A stretch of 64,000 bases of DNA. Source: a virus (Duplodnaviria > Caudoviricetes). Positions 9,205 to 19,030 of this stretch are shown piece after piece. The stretch lies in the IMG/VR virus record IMGVR_UViG_3300028197_000002. One strand, given 5' to 3'. The translations under genes were made by a program, and so were the position numbers. The notes beneath the pieces are model-generated. The model ran no database searches, was not told where the DNA came from, and was given only the letters and a program-made list of their open reading frames with translations. Numbering within the stretch: the stretch's first letter is position 1; every line of letters starts with the position of its first letter.

Positions 9205-11205
9205 TTACTTCAAAGTTGTAAATCCTTCGCTTTTTTCTAGATTTATTAAATCGCAACCTTGAAGCAAATCTAGTAAATTTTCATCATGAGTTGTTATAAA
9301 AATCTTTCTATCCTTTGCAAGTTCAGAAATCATACTATAAACACCAACCACTCCAATTGGATCAATATTAGTGGTTACTTCATCTAAAAACACCAAAGAA
9401 GGACAAACTCCAGAACTTAGCGTCATTATATGAGCAAAGGCTTGCGAAACAGCTAGATTCAGTCTTCTTCTTTCTCCTCCACTCATTGCGTGATAAACAA
9501 AAGGATCGCCATCAGAAGGGCTTCTTTCTATTTTCTCATCCAACTCATTGTTAAATTCTAAACTTATTTTATTATCAATTAAGAACTGCAGCCAATAAGC
9601 AACTTTAGAATTAAGAGCGGGTATAATACCATCTATTATAAATTTTCTAATTCCAGAATCTCCAAAGGCAACTACCCAGAATTCATAATAAGGCAGTTCT
9701 TTTTCTGCTTTATTCAACTCTTCTTTTTTATTTTTCAAAGAAGACGCTTTATTCTCTAGGTCTGTGCTTAAGGAACTTTTAATTTCAATAAAAGGACTTT
9801 TTTCTAAGTCTTTCTTTTTATCACTTATTTGCTCTTCAGTATGTAGCACCTTCTCTTCTAGTATTTTTTGATTGACATCAGAATTTTCAGGCTTAGAGAT
9901 TTTTTCTAATTCTTTTATTCTTTTGTCCGTGTTTGCGGCATTTTCTTTGTTTTCGTGCTGTTTATCTTGAGCAGAACCTACTACTTTTTCAAACTTTTTA
10001 ATTGCTTTATTGTCTATTTCTACTTTTGCGTCTAAAGTGCTTTTTTCAGCCTCTTTTTCAGAAACGAATTTTTCTAATTCCTTTATTTTAGATTTTACTT
10101 TGGATAAGTATTTTTCATAATTTTTTTCTTGTATTTCTCCAAAACAGAATTGGCATTTTTTGCCTTTATTAGAATTAAATTTTTCTATTTCCTTGGAACA
10201 TTCTTTTATTGATTTTTTGGAATTGTTAATTTCATTTTCAACATTATTTATTTCCATCTGCGTAGAGTTCAATAAACTTTTTTGTTCATTGACTTTGTTT
10301 TTGGCAGAATCTATTATTTCATATATTTTAGATAAATTTGAAGCATGGCTTTCAATTTCTGCTTTTAAACCTTCTATTGTTTTTTGACTTTCAAGGTACA
10401 GCTTCATATCTTGATCACTAGATTCAATTTCTGTCTTTTTTAATTCAGATAGCTTTTGTTCAAGATCTTGTATTTCTGTTCTCTTCTTTTCTTTCCATTG
10501 ATCTTCTTGATCTTGTGCTATGTTAATTCTTTTTGCAATTTGAGATTCTTGATCTTCTAAATTTTCTACTTCGTAACAATAATTTTTTATTTGATCTTTT
10601 TTGTTTTTTCTAAGCTCTTTTGCTTTATCTGCAAAGTCTCTATATTTGTCTAATGAAAGCAGGTTTTCTATTATTTGTCTTTTACTTGCCGCATCGCACT
10701 CTAAGAAACTTCCTGCGTTGTTGTCGGTAAACACAAGAACATTTACGAATGTTTCATAGTTTAAGCCTATCTTATCTTCAATTAATTTTTGCGTAGCAGG
10801 CATTCCTCCGAGAGTTATCTCAGTTTCATTTCCCCATTTGTGTTTTTTATCTTCCCAAATGCGAAGAGAGTCAGGCTTTCTTTTTCTAACTAATTTAAAA
10901 TTTCCCCATCTTACTTCTATTTCTAAATTCTTTCCAGTTTTATTATTGATTACATTTTTATGCGTAATTTTTTTATGGTTTTTTATGGTTTTCCCATAAA
11001 GCCCATAAACAATTATTTCGGGTATGCTTGATTTACCAACTCCATTGCTTGACGTTCTATCGTCATCAATGTTTTTAACATCAAGATTGCTACCTTTAAT
11101 TAAAACAATATCGGAGCACTTGCTTAAATCAAGCTCGATCCCATCGGGACCGAAGCACAGAAAGTTCTTTGCAGCTATATAATTAAAATCTAAATTTTCC
11201 ATCAT
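9205..11205 (-). CDS. sbcC: SbcC/Rad50-like ATPase (gp46-like)
   Basis: Walker A NGVGKS, long coiled coil with a CQFC zinc hook, MSGGE signature, Walker B FLDE and an H-loop. Confidence 0.93.
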   Translation of the reverse strand: MMENLDFNYIAAKNFLCFGPDGIELDLSKCSDIVLIKGSNLDVKNIDDDRTSSNGVGKSSIPEIIVYGLYGKTIKNHKKITHKNVINNKTGKNLEIEVRWGNFKLVRKRKPDSLRIWEDKKHKWGNETEITLGGMPATQKLIEDKIGLNYETFVNVLVFTDNNAGSFLECDAASKRQIIENLLSLDKYRDFADKAKELRKNKKDQIKNYCYEVENLEDQESQIAKRINIAQDQEDQWKEKKRTEIQDLEQKLSELKKTEIESSDQDMKLYLESQKTIEGLKAEIESHASNLSKIYEIIDSAKNKVNEQKSLLNSTQMEINNVENEINNSKKSIKECSKEIEKFNSNKGKKCQFCFGEIQEKNYEKYLSKVKSKIKELEKFVSEKEAEKSTLDAKVEIDNKAIKKFEKVVGSAQDKQHENKENAANTDKRIKELEKISKPENSDVNQKILEEKVLHTEEQISDKKKDLEKSPFIEIKSSLSTDLENKASSLKNKKEELNKAEKELPYYEFWVVAFGDSGIRKFIIDGIIPALNSKVAYWLQFLIDNKISLEFNNELDEKIERSPSDGDPFVYHAMSGGERRRLNLAVSQAFAHIMTLSSGVCPSLVFLDEVTTNIDPIGVVGVYSMISELAKDRKIFITTHDENLLDLLQGCDLINLEKSEGFTTLK

Positions 11206-11233
11206 GCCATTATAAGATTAAAGTCATTTTCAA

Positions 11234-12298
11234 TCAATTACAAATACTTTTGCCAATAGAAATTAGCTTAGTTTTTTCTAATTCTGTTTTAACTTGTTCA
11301 ATATACTTTTCTATCATCTCGTCTTCTTTTTGCAAAATGACTTTAGCATCTTCGACAACATGTTCTTCTCTTTTAACAGATTGTTTTATCTGTATTGAAG
11401 AAACTTTATTTTCTTTAATTAATTTTTTTCTTACTTCCATTATTGAAGAGGAACTCATGTCTTCAACTTCTAATCTAACAAAATTTCCCTCTAGGTCGTA
11501 TTGGTCAATTTCATCTTCTTTAATTATGAAATGTTTAGGACTGAACTCGTTTTCCACATATTCAGATTCATCTTTTTCTAAATCATAAATTAAAACATGC
11601 TTCTTTTGGAATGCTTCTCCAAAACTTAATTGCAACGGAGAACCAACGTACTCTACGTTGTCATCTATTTTTTGCTCTGCGTGGTAGTGGCCCAAGAAAA
11701 CTTTGTCCCATTTCTTAAAAACACCTTTGTCAACTTTTATCATTTCTCCATCATGTTCTACCGAAACTTCTGCCATGGTGTTGTATTTTAAATTCCAAAG
11801 GGATCCATCTACTGCTATATGCGCTCCTAATATTTTCTTTTTATTCTTTAATTTACTATATTTTTTTTCTAATGACTTTAAGTCATTTATCGGATCATGA
11901 GTATAAGGAAGAAATGCAAATAAATTCTCTTCATTTTCCGTCAAGGATATAACACTAGGCTCGTTTATAACTTTAACACCCGGAAGAGTCCTCAAAGGAT
12001 TTACAGAAGACACGTCCCATTTCTGGTCATGCCACATATCATGATTGCCTAAAAGAATGAAAAATTTTAAATCATTTTTAAGTAAATGCTTTTCAAGAAC
12101 TTCAAATGTTTTTTGGTAAGTCAAAACATCTATTTTCTGCCTATCATGGAACAAATCTCCCAAAAAAACCACATGTTTAATTTCTTTGGCGGCTGCTGTT
12201 TCGAATGCCCAATCTAACGCACGGATACAATCTTCAAGTCTTTCTACAGACTTTTTGTGCGGATGGATATGAATATCTGTAAATATTAAAGTTTTCAT
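11234..12298 (-). CDS. sbcD: SbcD/Mre11-like metallophosphoesterase nuclease (gp47-like)
   Basis: DIH, GDLFH, GNHD and GHYH motifs; adjacent to the Rad50-like gene. Confidence 0.93.
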   Translation of the reverse strand: MKTLIFTDIHIHPHKKSVERLEDCIRALDWAFETAAAKEIKHVVFLGDLFHDRQKIDVLTYQKTFEVLEKHLLKNDLKFFILLGNHDMWHDQKWDVSSVNPLRTLPGVKVINEPSVISLTENEENLFAFLPYTHDPINDLKSLEKKYSKLKNKKKILGAHIAVDGSLWNLKYNTMAEVSVEHDGEMIKVDKGVFKKWDKVFLGHYHAEQKIDDNVEYVGSPLQLSFGEAFQKKHVLIYDLEKDESEYVENEFSPKHFIIKEDEIDQYDLEGNFVRLEVEDMSSSSIMEVRKKLIKENKVSSIQIKQSVKREEHVVEDAKVILQKEDEMIEKYIEQVKTELEKTKLISIGKSICN

Positions 12299-12306
12299 TA
12301 AATAAC

Positions 12307-12335
12307 ATTATATCAGACAATGCTATTTTTGTCGA
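12307..12335 (-). promoter_or_regulatory. Sigma70-type promoter upstream of sbcD/sbcC
   Basis: TCGACA-N17-TATAAT on the minus strand, 9 nt upstream of the start codon. Confidence 0.6.
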
Positions 12336-12610
12336 TCTTTATTCTTTACATAATCCTTTAAAAGATCCCAGATATTTAAAGATTTAATTTCTTGAGCATT
12401 AACAGGCTTGTTCTCAGCGTTCTGGGCATCTATTCCACCTCCTAAAGGATCTGCTCCTAAAGATGCGTCGAAGTTTGGGCTGGGCGCGTTTGGCGGTGGA
12501 GGTGGCGAACTAGAAGCTCCTAAGCCAATTGAAGAACTATCGCTTCCTGTCTCTGGGGCTGGGCTTTCTGGTGACGCTTCTTCAACTTCATTTACATTGT
12601 ATTTTTTCAT
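12323..12610 (-). CDS. Hypothetical Pro/Ser-rich low-complexity protein
   Basis: SSSPPPPPNAPSP tract; TATAAATA lies immediately upstream. Confidence 0.55.
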   Translation of the reverse strand: MKKYNVNEVEEASPESPAPETGSDSSSIGLGASSSPPPPPNAPSPNFDASLGADPLGGGIDAQNAENKPVNAQEIKSLNIWDLLKDYVKNKDRQK

Positions 12611-12611
12611 G

Positions 12612-12619
12612 TATTTATA
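12612..12619 (-). promoter_or_regulatory. T4-type late promoter-like octamer TATAAATA
   Basis: Exact match just upstream of the 12610 start. Chance occurrence in AT-rich DNA is not excluded. Confidence 0.35.
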
Positions 12620-12643
12620 TACGCAAAATATTAATAATATTTC

Positions 12644-13402
12644 TTAAAGCTCAGTTAAAATTTCATATCCGTCATCAACACATAATATTAAATGTTCATA
12701 TTGAGCAGACAATTTTCTATCTGTTGTTACCGCTGTCCAATTGTCTTCTAATATGACACAATCGGAGGTTCCTAAGTTTATCATAGGCTCAATTGTAAAT
12801 GTCATTCCCGGCATTATTTTAGGTCCAAAATTTTTAAATTTTTCATCTACATAATGACATATTTTTGGGTCTTCATGAAATTCAACTCCACACCCATGAC
12901 CCACAAAATTCTCTACAACAGAGTACCCTGTTCCTTTTGAAAAGCTTGTTATTGCATGGCCAATCATGTTGAAAGGAACGTTTGGACCAACGACTTCAAT
13001 TCCCTTTCGCAACGATTCTTTTGTGTGTTTTAAAAGATTTTGAGATTCTTCTGATATCTGGCCGACAGTATACATTTTGCTAGTGTCGCCAAAATAACCA
13101 TCTACTATGGTGGTTATATCTATATTTAAAATATCTCCTTCTTTAAGTATCTGTTCGTCAGAAGGAATTCCATGGCAAACGACTTCATTCACAGAAATAC
13201 AACTTTCAGCAGGATAGCCTCTATAGTTCAAAGTTGCAGCGACAGCATTATTTTTTTTTATAAATTTGGATATCTGTTCATTTACGAATCCTGTCGTCTC
13301 TCCTAGTTTTACAAATTGTTCAGCATGAACTAAACATTCAGCTGCTAATTTGCAACTTTTTTTAATTCCTTCAATCTGGCTTTTTGTTTTTATAGGTATC
13401 AT
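12644..13402 (-). CDS. map: Methionine aminopeptidase type I
   Basis: CISVNEVVCHGIP, NIDIT, GDTS, GHGCG.EFHE, FTIEPMIN and SAQYEH metal-binding motifs. Confidence 0.97.
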   Translation of the reverse strand: MIPIKTKSQIEGIKKSCKLAAECLVHAEQFVKLGETTGFVNEQISKFIKKNNAVAATLNYRGYPAESCISVNEVVCHGIPSDEQILKEGDILNIDITTIVDGYFGDTSKMYTVGQISEESQNLLKHTKESLRKGIEVVGPNVPFNMIGHAITSFSKGTGYSVVENFVGHGCGVEFHEDPKICHYVDEKFKNFGPKIMPGMTFTIEPMINLGTSDCVILEDNWTAVTTDRKLSAQYEHLILCVDDGYEILTEL

Positions 13403-13445
13403 TATTTTATTATAGCTTAATGTACAATTAAAGAAAGTTAAATTA

Positions 13446-14027
13446 TTATTTTAAATTAGAAATCTGTGGTATGTTTCTAGAGAACCTATCCCAATTCTGT
13501 TCCGCCCACTTTTTAAATTTAACTTCTGCGTTCTTTGGCCCAATTTCATTTGTTTTTCCAGTAGTTTGAAATTCTAATGCATGAGTGGCTTCATGAATAA
13601 TTGTGCTTGCTATTTCTAATATTGCTGCTTTCGAGTCTCTAAGTTCTTTTAAAATTTTATTGACGTTAACTTTTATTACATCTGAAGGTTGAATTTTTGA
13701 TACGTCTATATCTGGAAGATAATCTTTTAAAACTTGATTTGGAAGTTTTTCTAAATTTTGAAGAGCTTTTGGATCGTTCCCAAATTTAAGTCTTATTTTA
13801 GACAAAACATCATTTCCAATTAATTTTTTATTTTCGCCCGAGCTATAAAGGCCATAAACGGATGATGTCAAAGGAGCTATTGTGCTTATGTTTTTCAAAA
13901 GATTTCTATCATACATTCTTACAAGTTGCACTGCGTACTTAGCCTTGTCGTAAATCACATTGAGCTGTCGTTCATCTACTTGATCAGTACCAATCGTATT
14001 TTGTTCAAACCATTTTTTAAAATTCAT
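13446..14027 (-). CDS. Putative zincin-like metallopeptidase (HEXXH) with an N-terminal FKKW motif
   Basis: IIHEATHALE followed by E residues; starts MNFKKWFEQ. Confidence 0.5.
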   Translation of the reverse strand: MNFKKWFEQNTIGTDQVDERQLNVIYDKAKYAVQLVRMYDRNLLKNISTIAPLTSSVYGLYSSGENKKLIGNDVLSKIRLKFGNDPKALQNLEKLPNQVLKDYLPDIDVSKIQPSDVIKVNVNKILKELRDSKAAILEIASTIIHEATHALEFQTTGKTNEIGPKNAEVKFKKWAEQNWDRFSRNIPQISNLK

Positions 14028-14085
14028 TTTTTCACCTATTCATTACAGTTGCTTTATATATTAAACTTTAATAAACATTTATAAA

Positions 14086-14466
14086 ATGAAGTATAAAATT
14101 ATGCATAGGAGGCAAACTTTGAAAATAAGCAAAGAATGGATTCACGCTATTTTTCCCAAAAATAGCTCTTATTTTAAATTAAAAAAAAGTGATTTTTCAC
14201 TCTCAGGTTGGAAATATATTTCTAAATATCAATACCATTATGTTGAATTGGCGATTATAGAAACAAAAGAAGAGTCAGATTTGTTTCATTTGTTTTGGGA
14301 ATCTCCAATGAAAATGGAATTTGGAGCAATAATATCAAAAGAAAAATTAAAGAATTCAGATTATAAATTGCATTCAAATATTGAAAATATAAATTATTAC
14401 ATTAATGAAAAACACAAAAATAAGATAAAACACAAAATCTTTTGTACCTCTATTTTTGTATCATAA
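14086..14466 (+). CDS. Hypothetical protein
   Basis: 126-aa ORF with no recognised motif. Confidence 0.45.
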   Translation: MKYKIMHRRQTLKISKEWIHAIFPKNSSYFKLKKSDFSLSGWKYISKYQYHYVELAIIETKEESDLFHLFWESPMKMEFGAIISKEKLKNSDYKLHSNIENINYYINEKHKNKIKHKIFCTSIFVS

Positions 14467-15276
14467 GGCGCTTAATTGTTCAGAAAGTTTGTTGGCTAGT
14501 TGAATATATTCTCTGTAGTACTTCAACACGCATTGATTATCATTCAAATGAGAAAAGTGAAAAAACACGGACTCAAAAACATTGTTGTTAGTGTCTGTTG
14601 ATATGACTTTATCTCCCGAAAAAGTTTTTTTTAATTCTATGTCATTCCAAGAAGCTAAGTTACACCCTTTATGTTTGCATACTTTTACATTGTCAAAATT
14701 AAGATGAATAAAGTCTAAGTATCTTTGGTCTACATAAAGACCAATTCCTGGGCTTTCTTCACACTTCCAATAACAACAGTCAGCCCACCAACTTATGGCA
14801 TCTAAAGATTTTTTAGATGCGCCAATAAACCCAGCATTAAAAAATCCATGAGTAAAGTTTACTGAAAAGTTTTTGTAAGAAGGAGAAGAAGGTCTCCAAT
14901 GTCGGGTCAATAATAAGCCATCTATATCTTCTAGTAAAAAATTCCAATCAGAAACAAAGTAGATGTCTGGGTCTACGTAGATTACCTTGTCGTATTTTTT
15001 TAAAAGTTTTTTTATCAAAAAAGGTTTTGTAGCCCACCGAGTATTGTCATTGTAAAAATTATTGTTCAAATTAATTAATTCATATTCTTCTATGAAATTT
15101 TTATCTAGGACCTTTACATCATCAAGTTGACCAGATACGTTTTTTTGTCCTGTCGCCGGTGCGTTTAAAATATAGAAGTCCACATCTTCTTTATATTTCT
15201 TCATAGAAAACAATGTAGACATTGCTCTTGATAAGAAATTTGTAGATGCAATTGTGCAAACGCAATTTTTATTCAT
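14461..15276 (-). CDS. Glycosyltransferase (GT-A fold, GT8-like)
   Basis: WATKP, YVDPD (DxD), FNAGFIG, DQRYLD and GCNLASWN motifs. Confidence 0.75.
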   Translation of the reverse strand: MNKNCVCTIASTNFLSRAMSTLFSMKKYKEDVDFYILNAPATGQKNVSGQLDDVKVLDKNFIEEYELINLNNNFYNDNTRWATKPFLIKKLLKKYDKVIYVDPDIYFVSDWNFLLEDIDGLLLTRHWRPSSPSYKNFSVNFTHGFFNAGFIGASKKSLDAISWWADCCYWKCEESPGIGLYVDQRYLDFIHLNFDNVKVCKHKGCNLASWNDIELKKTFSGDKVISTDTNNNVFESVFFHFSHLNDNQCVLKYYREYIQLANKLSEQLSAL

Positions 15277-15988
15277 AGATCATAAACTCGTTTTTTGTGC
15301 CTTTAAGGGAATTGGCTAATTCTTCATAATTTAAAACATTTTGTCGAACTGTTTTTTTATTTATTTTTTTAAGGCTTGTTCGTAAACGCTCAGGTTCAAC
15401 TTTTAAGAAATTTTGAACTAATAAAAAATGACTATTTGAATCTTGAATCAATTTTTCATAAGATATTTTGATCACATTAGAGCTATCGCTAGATATTATA
15501 TCTAAAATTCTTCTTTCATTATTGTTTTCTTGAAGCAAAAAATTTTTAAATTCATCTAAATCTAAAACAATTTTTTTACTTTTTGGAATTTTTTCTTCCC
15601 CTCTGTAGTGCCAAGTTTTACTTGATCGAGCTTTTTTCAAAGAAATAAATTGTTTTATTTTATTGTTTCTATAGAGAAAAATTATTTTTGAGTGATTTGA
15701 AATATATTTCCAAGAAGGGTTGTTGATTGAAAATTGATCTCTGTGAATTTTAAAGCCATTGCGTTTTTTAAATATGCTTTCAATCACATCGCTACAATCA
15801 TATTTCCTATTGAAATCAGAAGGATTCAATCCCATGTCAAGTAAATAGGCCATTCTGTACGCACCCCAGTACTTACAATTCCAACAAAAAAATTCATCTA
15901 AAAGAGAAATTTTAGAATGAGAATCTAAACTTTCTCTTAAAAATGTACTTCCGACTCTATTGCTGCCTAATATTACAAAATTATTCAT
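15269..15988 (-). CDS. Sulfotransferase (Stf0-like)
   Basis: PAPS-binding SNRVGSTFL, LYRNN..KQFISL.KA..S..WH and ISYEKL motifs. Confidence 0.75.
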   Translation of the reverse strand: MNNFVILGSNRVGSTFLRESLDSHSKISLLDEFFCWNCKYWGAYRMAYLLDMGLNPSDFNRKYDCSDVIESIFKKRNGFKIHRDQFSINNPSWKYISNHSKIIFLYRNNKIKQFISLKKARSSKTWHYRGEEKIPKSKKIVLDLDEFKNFLLQENNNERRILDIISSDSSNVIKISYEKLIQDSNSHFLLVQNFLKVEPERLRTSLKKINKKTVRQNVLNYEELANSLKGTKNEFMIYE

Positions 15989-16023
15989 ATATAATATAAA
16001 AGTAACATTAAAAGGTAAAAATA

Positions 16024-17082
16024 ATGAAATTTACAGAATGGCTAGCAGCAGAAGAAATGATAACTGAAGTTGACTGGAAAGATGATTTTGAAGATGTAAA
16101 AAAACAATGCGTAAATCCAAAAGATGCAGTAGAGTACTTAAATGCAGTAAGAAAAAATGCTAGTCGTCCATATGGGGACAGAGAAAAATTCCCAGCAAAC
16201 AAACCTTTTGTTCATGCAAAATCTTCTTTCTTTAAGAAAGGAGAAGAAGAGGTAGATATAGATTATTTTATAGATCAAATAACAAAACCTCCAAAAACCG
16301 TTGTTAATACAAATGAAAAAATATTAAAAAGTGGTGGTCCAAATGAATTTGTTTACAAAACTGGAATTCCGGCATTTAGAGGAATAGCCTATGACAAAGA
16401 CAAAGGTGAATTTGTTTACATAAACACCTGTCCCGGAGCAGGAGGTTGTGTTCTTGTGTGTTATGCAAGAAGAGGAAGATACATCCAGTATCCAAATTCA
16501 TATGACAATATGACAAGGCGACTAAATCTTCTTTTGAACGATCCAGAAGAATATGAAAATAGATTATACAAAGAACTCAAATCAAAAGCAGAAGAACACA
16601 AGGCCCTTGAAGGATACAAACCAAAAATCATACTGCGATGGAATGACTCCGGCGATTTTTTTACAAAAAAATACGTAAAGATTGCAGAAGACGTAATTAA
16701 AAAGTTGAATAAAAACAAATACAATGTCGAAAGTTATGCCTACACAAAAACGCCTGATATAAAGCCTGACAAGTCGGTGCAAACAACCGTGTCACTTCAA
16801 CCAAATAAATCAATTTCAAAAGAAGATCAAAAAGTTTCTTTGATTGTTCCCAAAGAATTATTCAAAGGCCTTGACTTTTTAAAAGTAAAAGATGAAGAAA
16901 AATTAAAGGATAATATCTCTGATCATTTTAAATTACCAAAATCTAAAATTTTAACTTATGAAGAAATGAAAAACACTCCAGAAGGAAAAGGTTTAAAATG
17001 GAATGTCATTGTAACTCCAAATGATGGAGATGATGCAGCGTTCAGAAAAGACGTGAAAAGAATTTTACTGACTCAGCACTAA
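16024..17082 (+). CDS. GP88-like protein with a Cys cluster
   Basis: TCPGAGGCVLVCYA (Cx5Cx3C), LRWNDSGDF and AYTK motifs; starts MKFTEWLAAEE. Confidence 0.65.
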   Translation: MKFTEWLAAEEMITEVDWKDDFEDVKKQCVNPKDAVEYLNAVRKNASRPYGDREKFPANKPFVHAKSSFFKKGEEEVDIDYFIDQITKPPKTVVNTNEKILKSGGPNEFVYKTGIPAFRGIAYDKDKGEFVYINTCPGAGGCVLVCYARRGRYIQYPNSYDNMTRRLNLLLNDPEEYENRLYKELKSKAEEHKALEGYKPKIILRWNDSGDFFTKKYVKIAEDVIKKLNKNKYNVESYAYTKTPDIKPDKSVQTTVSLQPNKSISKEDQKVSLIVPKELFKGLDFLKVKDEEKLKDNISDHFKLPKSKILTYEEMKNTPEGKGLKWNVIVTPNDGDDAAFRKDVKRILLTQH

Positions 17083-17086
17083 CATG

Positions 17087-17114
17087 TTGATTTACACGTA
17101 TATTTAACTATAAT
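17087..17114 (+). promoter_or_regulatory. Sigma70-type promoter upstream of the helicase
   Basis: TTGATT-N16-TATAAT, 6 nt before the ATG. Confidence 0.5.
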
Positions 17115-17120
17115 AAGGTT

Positions 17121-18542
17121 ATGAAAACCACACTAAAAATAGGTAATTGCTACAGTCAGTTGCTATCTGACAATCTGGGTTTGTTGAAAATTCTTCACGA
17201 GAATATGAGATTTCGTGAAAAGAACTATTTCCATAGTCGTCTTTATAAACAAAAACTATGGGATGGGTACACAGATTTTTTTAGTAAAAAAACAGGCAAG
17301 TTTTTAACTGGACTTCTTCCTGAAGTTTTGGCTGCTCTGGATCATATCGAAGAACCTTACGATACATTCGATCAAAGACAAGAGTTTGATTTTAATTTCA
17401 AAGAAATTGATGAAAATTTTTTAAGTCAATTCGCTACACCGGGATCGGAAGATGAAAACATGTCTCTTTACGACTATCAAGTTGATCTTACCAATTCACT
17501 TTTAAAATACAAAAGAGGAGTAATATGTGCTCCTACCGCTGCTGGTAAAACTAATATCATGATTTCAATTTTGAAAGCAATTCCAGAAAACTGCCCTACT
17601 TTGATACTTGCAAACAAAACTAGTTTGGTGCAACAAAATTACGAAGAGATGATGAAATGGGGATTTACAAATGTGGGAAGATTATATGGAAAATACAAAG
17701 ATCCAGATGTTTTTACTTGTTCTACTGTTCAATCTTTGCACAAAATAGAGCCTTTGCTAGGAAAAATAAAAGTTTTAATTGTTGATGAAATCCATGAAAA
17801 CATGAGCAAACAACCAAAAAAATTCATAAATAAAATGAAAAGTTGTTCTGTGCGTGCTGCTGTAAGCGCTACTCCATTTAAATTTGGAGGAAAAGATCAT
17901 TGTCAAAAATGGTTAGTAAAAGGATATTTCGGCCCAGTTTTAAAGTCTAAAAGTATAGGTGGAGTTTTAACAACAAAGCATCTTCAAGAACGAGGAACTC
18001 TTTCAAAAGCAAAATGCATTTTTCATCCAGTTAGAGAGCCAGAACTTAAACATGAAATTTATTTAGATGCCGTAACAAGAGGAATTGCAGAAAATTGGGA
18101 ATTTCACAAAACTGTTACCAAGATCGCTGGCAAGCTTAAAGGAAGAACCTTGATACTAGTTGACAGAATTGCTCATGGAGATGCATTAGCCTCAATGCTA
18201 CCTGATGCTTTGTGGGTTCAAGGTAAAGATAACTTAGAAACAAGAAAAAATGTTATTGAAAAATTAAAAACATCTAAAGATAAAATAATTGGAATAAGCA
18301 CTCAACAAATCTTTAATACTGGAATTAATGTCAAGATTCACAACTTGATTAATGCTGCTGGTGGTCAAGCTGATCATCAAATTATTCAAAGAGTAGGTAG
18401 AGGATTGAGAACTGCTGATGATAAGGATATCTTAAACTATTATGATTTTGTTTTTCATAATAATGAATATCTTAAGACTCATAGTCTAAAGAGAATAAAA
18501 ATATTAAAGAAAGAAGGACACGAAGTAATAATAAAAGACTAA
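17121..18542 (+). CDS. SF2 DNA helicase (UvsW/RadD-like)
   Basis: LYDYQ, PTAAGKT, VDEIH, SATP, NTGIN and QRVGRGLR motifs. Confidence 0.9.
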   Translation: MKTTLKIGNCYSQLLSDNLGLLKILHENMRFREKNYFHSRLYKQKLWDGYTDFFSKKTGKFLTGLLPEVLAALDHIEEPYDTFDQRQEFDFNFKEIDENFLSQFATPGSEDENMSLYDYQVDLTNSLLKYKRGVICAPTAAGKTNIMISILKAIPENCPTLILANKTSLVQQNYEEMMKWGFTNVGRLYGKYKDPDVFTCSTVQSLHKIEPLLGKIKVLIVDEIHENMSKQPKKFINKMKSCSVRAAVSATPFKFGGKDHCQKWLVKGYFGPVLKSKSIGGVLTTKHLQERGTLSKAKCIFHPVREPELKHEIYLDAVTRGIAENWEFHKTVTKIAGKLKGRTLILVDRIAHGDALASMLPDALWVQGKDNLETRKNVIEKLKTSKDKIIGISTQQIFNTGINVKIHNLINAAGGQADHQIIQRVGRGLRTADDKDILNYYDFVFHNNEYLKTHSLKRIKILKKEGHEVIIKD

Positions 18543-18543
18543 T

Positions 18544-18918
18544 ATGAATTTTAAAAATTATCTAATTGATATTGACGGGACAATTACAGATGATGTTCCA
18601 AACGAAGAACCTGAAAAAATGGAAACATGTTTGCCCTACGAAGGTAGTGTTGAAACTTTAAACAAATGGTATGACGAAGGCCATACGATTACTTTTTTCA
18701 CATCAAGAACAGATGAACACAAAGAAGTTACAGAAAATTGGCTTAAAAAACATGGATATAAATATCATCATTTGCTTTTAAATAAACCAAGGGGTGGCAA
18801 TTACGCAATCATTGATAACCATATGTTTAAATCATGCCATTTTACAGGAAATTGGCCTAAAGTAAAAAAAGAAATGGACTCATATGTCCATGATTATAGT
18901 CCATCTTCAAAAATATAA
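18544..18918 (+). CDS. HAD-superfamily phosphatase (small, capless)
   Basis: DIDGT motif I, FTSR and KP motifs. Confidence 0.75.
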   Translation: MNFKNYLIDIDGTITDDVPNEEPEKMETCLPYEGSVETLNKWYDEGHTITFFTSRTDEHKEVTENWLKKHGYKYHHLLLNKPRGGNYAIIDNHMFKSCHFTGNWPKVKKEMDSYVHDYSPSSKI

Positions 18919-19030
18919 TTTTTATCAACTCAGATTTAATAGCATATCAAAAGCTCAATTACATTATGGAATGAAAACCACAATGCAGTAAGACATAGGA
19001 TTAAATCAGATAACTTCCCAGATTGGAACT

